Shown in pieces: positions 57,906 through 64,000 of a DNA stretch of 64,000 bases. A program made the position numbers and the translations under genes. The first letter of the stretch is position 1; every line of letters begins with the position of its first letter. The stretch is taken from positions 10,195 to 74,194 of the forward strand of contig JAFWSS010000005.1 of assembly GCA_017524385.1 (NCBI GenBank), in the 5' to 3' direction. The notes beneath the pieces are model-generated. The model was not told where the DNA came from. It saw nothing but the letters and a program-made list of their open reading frames with translations, and searched no databases. This DNA comes from Prevotella sp. Lineage in GTDB: Bacteria; Bacteroidota; Bacteroidia; Bacteroidales; Bacteroidaceae.

Positions 57906-57950
57906 GAACACTTGAAGTATATGATGTTCAATTGAAAACACTTGAAGTAT
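57891..57950 (+). repeat. 30-bp tandem duplication spanning the dcu stop codon
   Basis: atgatgttcaattgagaacacttgaagtat / atgatgttcaattgaaaacacttgaagtat (1 mismatch). Confidence 0.93.
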
Positions 57951-57996
57951 AATATGAAATCCGCGGAATGTTTGGGCATTCCGCGGATTTCATATT
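57951..57996. terminator. Bidirectional terminator, 20-bp perfect stem
   Basis: aatatgaaatccgcggaatg / cattccgcggatttcatatt between convergent genes. Confidence 0.85.
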
Positions 57997-58007
57997 AGGG
58001 GAAGCGT

Positions 58008-58442
58008 TCACTTCGCTTCTTTTTCATCAGAATCATTCTTCTCTTGTGTGAGAAGTTTTTCATCGATGAATTTTTCCACTTCCTCCAGTTCGTCTTCATC
58101 AAACCAGTCGGAAAGTTTATCCTTTGCCTTGTTTTTCACATCCTCTGGAACTTCCACCCAGATTTTGTTGATGACAAACAAGAGCACGGTCAAGTCGTCG
58201 GAAAGGCCCACGATGGGGATGGCATCGGGCAGTACGTCAAGCGGGCTGATGAGATATCCCAGCGCCCCTATGATCATAGCCTTGTCCTTGTATGACACTT
58301 CCTTGCTTTGGAGCGTGTAGAACAACACCAGTGATGCATAAACAAGTTTGGAACCAGCTCTTTTAGCAATCCTGGATATCTTCTCAACAAATCCTTTGGC
58401 AGAGAACTTGTCAGCGTAAGCCATGAAGTCTGGTAATTCCAT
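58008..58442 (-). CDS. YkvA/DUF1232-family membrane protein
   Basis: KAMIIGALGYLISPLDVLPDAIPIVGLSDD. Confidence 0.9.
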   Translation of the reverse strand: MELPDFMAYADKFSAKGFVEKISRIAKRAGSKLVYASLVLFYTLQSKEVSYKDKAMIIGALGYLISPLDVLPDAIPIVGLSDDLTVLLFVINKIWVEVPEDVKNKAKDKLSDWFDEDELEEVEKFIDEKLLTQEKNDSDEKEAK

Positions 58443-58558
58443 TTTCAGTTATAATTGGTTTTAGAGCGGCAAAATTACACTTTTTTTTGAATTAGACAAA
58501 ATTTTATTTGTCAGAATCATCTTTTTGATGTATCTTCGCATCAAAAAGCAAGATTATT

Positions 58559-58951
58559 ATGGAAATCATCATCGAAGATATGGAGCATCGTGTACGTAAA
58601 ATCATTTACGAGCACAGCCAAGATCCTGGTTTTCCTCGTTTGGAAGACTATGGTGTGACGGAGGACGAATTCGGAGACTATTTGTTCTATAAGCAAGCTG
58701 TCATCGACAATGCAGAATCTCTTCGAAAGAAATACACCATTTACTCCATCATCTTCTTCATCCCATTCGTCGTGGCCGCTTTCGGTGAGACGACGGCGAC
58801 CAATGCGCTGATTGCAGGCGGCTGCGGCATTGTGCTGTGTGGCATCTACTATCTCATCACCATCTTGATACAGAAATGGAGGATGAGCCGCCTGAACAAC
58901 GAAGCGATAGAACGCTATATCGCCGATGTCATGAAATTTCAAGATCAGTGA
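58559..58951 (+). CDS. Hypothetical membrane protein (2 TM)
   Basis: 130-aa ORF with an A-rich upstream region and two hydrophobic segments; 23-nt convergent overlap with yihY. Confidence 0.7.
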   Translation: MEIIIEDMEHRVRKIIYEHSQDPGFPRLEDYGVTEDEFGDYLFYKQAVIDNAESLRKKYTIYSIIFFIPFVVAAFGETTATNALIAGGCGIVLCGIYYLITILIQKWRMSRLNNEAIERYIADVMKFQDQ

Positions 58952-60251
58952 TACGCACCGTCCTTAGTTCGTCGATATAGTTCTGACGGATGGATAAAGC
59001 GTGGAGCCAATTGGGATGGTCTTTTACAAAAGCATCAAGGCCTGACCCGTAAATGGGCCAAGAACCGATGTTGTCCAATCTCTCCACCATCTCACCCACC
59101 GTGATGTTGGCAATGTCTTCGCGAGGCATGAAGGCTGGTTCGCTATCCTTGTCACGGCCTATGTTGATGACCAAACGAGCTTTTGCCAGCAGGTCGAGCA
59201 ATTCCACAACGACGTGGGTTGGGATTCCCGTCTCCTTCTTCAGAAGAAGAGGGGTGCAAGCACCCTCGGCATTTGCGAATCTCTTGCAGATATGTGCGAG
59301 CAAGACAGCGGAAAGCACCATCTTGTCCTTCTCCCCTATCTTCTCATTGTAGGGCATGGGCAACAGTTGTTCCATATTCTGCCTCGTATAGCACAAGTGC
59401 ACCCCGAACAAGCATATGATCCACGAGAACTGTATCCATAGCATGAAGAGTGGCAAAGCAGCAAAAGAACCATAGATGGCGTTATAGCTGGTCACCCACA
59501 ATTGGGAATGGATGTAGAGCAACTGCAAGAGTTGCATGGCAATGCCTGCCAGTATCCCCGGTCCTACGGCACTGGAGAAAAACACCTTCGTGTTAGGCAT
59601 GAGCATGTAGATCAATATGAAGATGACCGACATGATCACATAAGGCGACGCATCGATGACCATCTTGACGACAGGAGCGACAAACTCTCCCATTTGTCCA
59701 GACATTGCCGTCACGAAAATGGATACGCCAGAAGTGAGTGTGATGACAATGGGAAGTAGGAAAAAGAAAGCGACATAGTCGATCACCGTGCTCATCAGAC
59801 CCCGTGAATTCTTCACTTTCCAGATGTCGTTGAAAGCCATTTCCACATTGCTGATAAGCATGATGACAGTATAGAGCATTACAACGAATCCAAAGCCCAG
59901 GATGACCCCGCTTTTGGCATTGACAAGATAAGAGTTGACGAAGCCGATGATGGCTTCTGCCACCTGCGGCTGGCTGGAAAGTACATCAGAGAACCACTCT
60001 TCAATGTGCCTGGACACCCCGAACCCCCTGGCGATGGCGAACACCACAGCCACCATGGGAACGATGGCCATCATGGTGGAGAAAGAGAGAGCGGCTGCCG
60101 TCCTGGTAATCCTTGAATCGACAAAACTCCTGATAGCCAGTACTATCGTCCTGACAACATTGACGAGAAACATGACCGGAGCCGAGACATCGCCTTCCTT
60201 GATTTTCCAAATGTCCTCCTTGAAGAAGGTCAGCATCTTTCTAAGCGCCAT
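58929..60251 (-). CDS. YihY/BrkB-family membrane protein
   Basis: AAALSFSTMMAIVP, EMAFNDIW, YNAIYGSFAALPLFMLW; start ATG 60251 or slightly downstream, because the longer ORF runs into rnpB. Confidence 0.9.
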   Translation of the reverse strand: MALRKMLTFFKEDIWKIKEGDVSAPVMFLVNVVRTIVLAIRSFVDSRITRTAAALSFSTMMAIVPMVAVVFAIARGFGVSRHIEEWFSDVLSSQPQVAEAIIGFVNSYLVNAKSGVILGFGFVVMLYTVIMLISNVEMAFNDIWKVKNSRGLMSTVIDYVAFFFLLPIVITLTSGVSIFVTAMSGQMGEFVAPVVKMVIDASPYVIMSVIFILIYMLMPNTKVFFSSAVGPGILAGIAMQLLQLLYIHSQLWVTSYNAIYGSFAALPLFMLWIQFSWIICLFGVHLCYTRQNMEQLLPMPYNEKIGEKDKMVLSAVLLAHICKRFANAEGACTPLLLKKETGIPTHVVVELLDLLAKARLVINIGRDKDSEPAFMPREDIANITVGEMVERLDNIGSWPIYGSGLDAFVKDHPNWLHALSIRQNYIDELRTVRITDLEIS

Positions 60252-60307
60252 GGCTGAATGAAGATAAGAACCACTAATGGAATGGCATGAATGAAATGAA
60301 AAAGGAA

Positions 60308-60671
60308 GCAGAATCCCTGTAAGCCGGGTTCTGTCTAGAAGTGTTTCCACCTCAGAGCCTGTCATCTGTCTAGTCCCAAGGTCACCCAGGGGCTCAAGCG
60401 TTCTACCCTCCATCGCATTGCTCGGGCGGGCAACCCTCAGTCGATGGTATACACGAACTTACAGCTCCCAGCGGACACAGCCTGACGATCACCCGCCAGC
60501 TGGTGGTCTCTTGCACCACCTTCTCACCCTTGCCTTCCCGAAAGAAGGCGGTTGTTTTCTTCTGTCTTAGCCTGCTGTCACCAACAGCTTCCACTTTCAG
60601 AAGTGGGACGCCCTACGCTGCCCGGACTTTCCTCTCGCGCCTTTTGCGCCAGCGACAAGCCGAGATTCTGT
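60308..60671 (-). ncRNA. rnpB: RNase P RNA (bacterial type A)
   Basis: Minus strand has GAGGAAAGTCCGGG near the 5' end and ACAGAACCCGGCTTA near the 3' end; P1 pairing cagaatct / ggattctg; -7 box TATCTTTG at 60681-60688. Confidence 0.96.
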
Positions 60672-60845
60672 TTCCACATGCAAAGATATGTATTTTTCAT
60701 GAAAATCAATGTGTTTTTTCATTTTTCATCTCTTTTTACATGGCATTTAAGAAAAAAATGTCTAATTTTGTAAGCGAAGAGAAAAGCATCACCAACATAA
60801 GGAATGCCTTCTTCAAAAACAGCAAGTATAAAAAATCACCACCAT

Positions 60846-61328
60846 ATGAACGTCAGAAATACGATATTGCTCTTGACATTGGGCTTTTTCCTGGTTTCGT
60901 GCGATGAAATCAAAAGCAGACTGAACCAGGACGACTCACCTGTCGTCTCCGGCGAAGATACGATAAGTGATGTGGAGGATGAAACTATTGTTGAATCCGA
61001 CAACCCTCGTACCAAGAATTTCTATACCAGTCTGCTAGAATCCTTCTGCAACAAATACTTCGACGAGCACTTCAGTGGCGACATCTATGAAAAAGGCAGC
61101 CTTGTGGTGGTCAAAATAAAACCTCTGGAGGGAAAAACCGTGCAAGTGAGTGGCACACATAGTTACAAGGTGGAAATGGGTTCAAAAGTGAGCGGTCAGA
61201 TGTTCAAGGCCACCATTTCTGAAAAAGGCGACAACTTGTATGACATCAAGTTTGAAAAAGGCTCCTCAAAAGTGTTTAGTGACAATTCCTATTGGGACTC
61301 CATAGAAATGGAATACCATTACGAGTAA
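60846..61328 (+). CDS. Hypothetical lipoprotein
   Basis: ATG 60846; lipobox FLVSC; -7 box TAATTTTG at 60763-60770. Confidence 0.7.
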   Translation: MNVRNTILLLTLGFFLVSCDEIKSRLNQDDSPVVSGEDTISDVEDETIVESDNPRTKNFYTSLLESFCNKYFDEHFSGDIYEKGSLVVVKIKPLEGKTVQVSGTHSYKVEMGSKVSGQMFKATISEKGDNLYDIKFEKGSSKVFSDNSYWDSIEMEYHYE

Positions 61329-61330
61329 GC

Positions 61331-62158
61331 CTAAACCTGGCTTATCGGCATTTGGGGATACCTTGCCTTCAAGAGCTCCATCTTCTCCCTCGTCTTCTCT
61401 AAAAACGCCTTATACTCTTCAGAGTCAGCGTTAAAAGGACGATGTGCCAAAGCGGTCTTGATGGGTTTCCATTCTTTTAAAAACTCTCTTGCTTCATCGC
61501 TCAGACAACATTCCACCATCCTTTCCCATATGTATTCTATGGTTTGAGAGGAGGGATGTATCATGTCGGGTTGATAGAAACGATAGTCACGCAACTCGTC
61601 GTTGACAATCTCATAGGCTGGGAAATAGTCCACTACTCCCTGCCATTCCTTCCTCAATTGTTCGGCGGCAAGAATAAGGGTGGCCTTGGATATCGCACTG
61701 CCGTGGAAACCATATTTTGCATACCTGACGGGACTGACTGTCACCATCACCTTTACCTCAGGGCAGGTTTCCTTGAGCAATTCGATAGCCATTGCAAGAT
61801 ATTCACAACACTCTTGTACAGACAAGACACGCTCCTCGAACAACTTTTGAGGACGTTTCTGGCAATTGTCCACGATTTCACCCGTCTCTCTGAGCACATA
61901 CACATGGTTGGTGCCCAAAGTGAATACCACCACCTTGGGGGTTACCCTCACAGGCTCATTCAGAAAACGTCTTACTGTATGCATGATGCTGGCAGGATTG
62001 TACATCACTCCATAAGGATTGACTGCAACCCTGAAATTCTCTTCTTGGAACCTTCTTCCTATGCTGTCGGCAAAACAAGACCCGACAAAGAGCATCTCCT
62101 CACAGGGGGCGATGGAAAAAGATAATGGCAGGATGTCTACTACTGTACGGAAAAGCAT
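61331..62158 (-). CDS. GSCFA-domain protein (SGNH-like)
   Basis: GSCFA motif, TLGT, TVSPVR, SKATL, YFPAYEIVNDELRDYRFY..DMIHP. Confidence 0.92.
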   Translation of the reverse strand: MLFRTVVDILPLSFSIAPCEEMLFVGSCFADSIGRRFQEENFRVAVNPYGVMYNPASIMHTVRRFLNEPVRVTPKVVVFTLGTNHVYVLRETGEIVDNCQKRPQKLFEERVLSVQECCEYLAMAIELLKETCPEVKVMVTVSPVRYAKYGFHGSAISKATLILAAEQLRKEWQGVVDYFPAYEIVNDELRDYRFYQPDMIHPSSQTIEYIWERMVECCLSDEAREFLKEWKPIKTALAHRPFNADSEEYKAFLEKTREKMELLKARYPQMPISQV

Positions 62159-62439
62159 ATTATTTTTTTTGATGGGTTGATCATTCTTTTGTACTCATTG
62201 TTGGAGTCCATGATTGCCCATTGATTTCCCTTATGGGCAAAAAACCTTTGTATTTTCAACAAATTTAACCTTCGTTAACGACAGATTCTCAAAAAAAGTG
62301 GCATTTCATTTTGTGATTTGTGAAATAGCGTTACCTTTGCATCGATTTAGGATAACGTCTGCCATTGCTCATATCACGACCATTTGGTGTGCCATCCAAG
62401 CGTGGCAGAAAATTGTTTCATTAAAAAACAGGTAAAAAG

Positions 62440-62961
62440 ATGAAAAAGATTTTTATGACCTTGGTAGGAGCTGTCATGGCTCTTTGTGTGAACGCACAAG
62501 TTTATGTTGGTGGCGGTGCTGGTGTCTACAACATCAGTGATGACGACAACGATGCTACTGTCTTCAAGTTCGTCCCTGAGGTGGGCTACACCTTCAACGA
62601 CGATTGGTCGGCTGGTGTTGCTTTCGGTTGGGAAGGTACCACCGAAGGAGGCAAGAAAACCGTCAGCGTGAACCCTTATGCCCGTTACACTTTCACTCAT
62701 GGCAAGATGGTGAATGTCTTTGTTGACGGCAGCGTAGGTTATTCACACTCATACAACGCCGGTTATGACGCCGACGGCATAGAGATTGGTCTTAAGCCAG
62801 GAGTTGCCGTGAATCTTGGCGATCATCTGAGTTTCGTGACGCATATAGGGTTTGTTGGTTATCAGAACATCAAAGACAACAAGACCAAAGACAAGACCGA
62901 CATATGGGGAGTCGATGTAGATGGCAGCAACATCACCTTCGGTCTCTACTACAGTTTCTAA
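62440..62961 (+). CDS. Small outer-membrane beta-barrel protein
   Basis: Signal peptide ending VNAQ; PEVGYTF, NPYARY, C-terminal FGLYYSF; -7 box TACCTTTG at 62332-62339. Confidence 0.88.
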   Translation: MKKIFMTLVGAVMALCVNAQVYVGGGAGVYNISDDDNDATVFKFVPEVGYTFNDDWSAGVAFGWEGTTEGGKKTVSVNPYARYTFTHGKMVNVFVDGSVGYSHSYNAGYDADGIEIGLKPGVAVNLGDHLSFVTHIGFVGYQNIKDNKTKDKTDIWGVDVDGSNITFGLYYSF

Positions 62962-62977
62962 GATTTGTTCAATCAAT

Positions 62978-63010
62978 AAAAAGACCGCCTTGTGGGCGGT
63001 CTTTTTTATT
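62978..63010. terminator. Bidirectional Rho-independent terminator
   Basis: aaaaagaccgcc ttgtg ggcggtcttttt between the convergent OMP and glgP genes. Confidence 0.9.
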
Positions 63011-63015
63011 GTATC

Positions 63016-64000
63016 CTAAATCCACCTGACGTAGCAGAAATCCTGACGATGCGGGATGGGAAGTTTTTCGTTCTTGGGGAACATTCGCACACCTGTCTTG
63101 AATGCACCGGCCTTGTCGGGAGTGATTTTGCATTCGAAGGTATAGTTGTTTCCTTCCCTCTTGACGAGTTGGAAAGTATAAACCTTCGCTATGTGCTCCT
63201 CTCCGTTGGCATCGGTCTTGAGGGTGACGAATTCCAATCCTACGGCATTGTCGAGTCCGGCTTCGTCGATGACATATTTCACTGTGAATTCCACACCAGT
63301 CTCAGCAGCTTCGACTATGTTGCTTTCCTTGCTCACTACCTTGATGGAATCCCATCTCTCTGCAACGGTTTCCTTCCAATAGGCGATTTCCTTGGCTACA
63401 AGGTTGCTGTCTTGATGCAGAAGTTTGGAACGCTCAGCCAACTTGCAGTAGAATTTCGAGTAGTAGTCGTCAAGCTGACGTTTCATGGTGTAATGCGGAG
63501 CGATGGTGGCGATGGAGTTCTTGATGACTTGAATCCAGCCCTCGCTGTATCCCTTGCTGTTGATATTGTAATAGAGCGGAATGATTTCGTTCTCCAACAG
63601 GCCATAGATGGTCGCTGCATCGAGTTGGTCTTGATAGCCCTGGTTTTGATAAGTGCGTTTCTCAGTAAGCGCCCATCCGGCACCCTTTCTGTAACCCTCG
63701 AGCCACCATCCGTCAAGAACGGAGAGGTTGACGACACCATTCATCTCGGCCTTCTCTCCTGATGTTCCAGAGGCTTCAAGAGGACGGGTCGGGGTATTCA
63801 TCCAAATGTCGACACCTGAAACAAGCCTTCTTGCAAGGCGGAAATCGTAATCCTCGAGGAAGATGATTTTGCCCAAGAATTCAGGTCGCTGGCTAATCTC
63901 AAAGATACGCTTGATGAGCCCTTGGCCGGCTCCGTCGGCGGGATGAGCCTTGCCAGAGAAGATGAACTGCACGGGATGCTCTGGGTTGTTGACGATTTTG
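63016..64000 (-). CDS. glgP: Alpha-glucan (glycogen/starch) phosphorylase, C-terminal part (runs off the window end)
   Basis: [31 protein letters not shown] (PLP Lys), SVLDGWW. Confidence 0.95.
   Translation of the reverse strand, partial: KIVNNPEHPVQFIFSGKAHPADGAGQGLIKRIFEISQRPEFLGKIIFLEDYDFRLARRLVSGVDIWMNTPTRPLEASGTSGEKAEMNGVVNLSVLDGWWLEGYRKGAGWALTEKRTYQNQGYQDQLDAATIYGLLENEIIPLYYNINSKGYSEGWIQVIKNSIATIAPHYTMKRQLDDYYSKFYCKLAERSKLLHQDSNLVAKEIAYWKETVAERWDSIKVVSKESNIVEAAETGVEFTVKYVIDEAGLDNAVGLEFVTLKTDANGEEHIAKVYTFQLVKREGNNYTFECKITPDKAGAFKTGVRMFPKNEKLPIPHRQDFCYVRWI

Noticed and set aside
60252-60413. N-terminal extension of the YihY ORF, and ORFs 60403-60594 and 60503-60907
   Set aside because: They overlap the RNase P RNA gene, so they are not credible coding sequence.

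Overview
This is a 64-kb chromosomal window of a Bacteroidales bacterium, most likely a rumen- or gut-type Prevotella. The basis is TAnnTTTG -7 promoter boxes, fkp, a fused NfnAB, a dockerin-tailed secreted protein and the rnpB-yihY arrangement. It is mostly housekeeping: serS 3' end, ttcA, mutAB, rho, tadA, rnpB, glgP 3' end, a MacAB-type ABC cluster, a GH3 xylosidase, a Dcu transporter and dispersed Pgl-like sugar genes. I see no CRISPR array, tRNA, rRNA, transposase or integrase. Five things stand out. (1) A ~1,425-aa protein fuses an intact-looking Hanks-type Ser/Thr kinase to a Dna2/Cas4-like PD-(D/E)xK nuclease and an SF1 helicase, behind three back-to-back hairpins; it is a candidate single-gene defence or DNA-damage signalling system. 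(2) A YfhO (GT-C) membrane protein upstream of fkp ends in an acyl-carrier-protein-like domain whose phosphopantetheine Ser is replaced by Gly. (3) An orphan sigma70-like protein has an apparent sigma2-HTH-HTH architecture and a long structured leader. (4) A SNF2 ATPase is tightly coupled to a protein with an XPB-associated-like C-terminus. (5) A perfect sigma54-type -24/-12 box lies before a short DnaJ/CbpA gene. All domain calls come from motif recognition by eye, not database searches.
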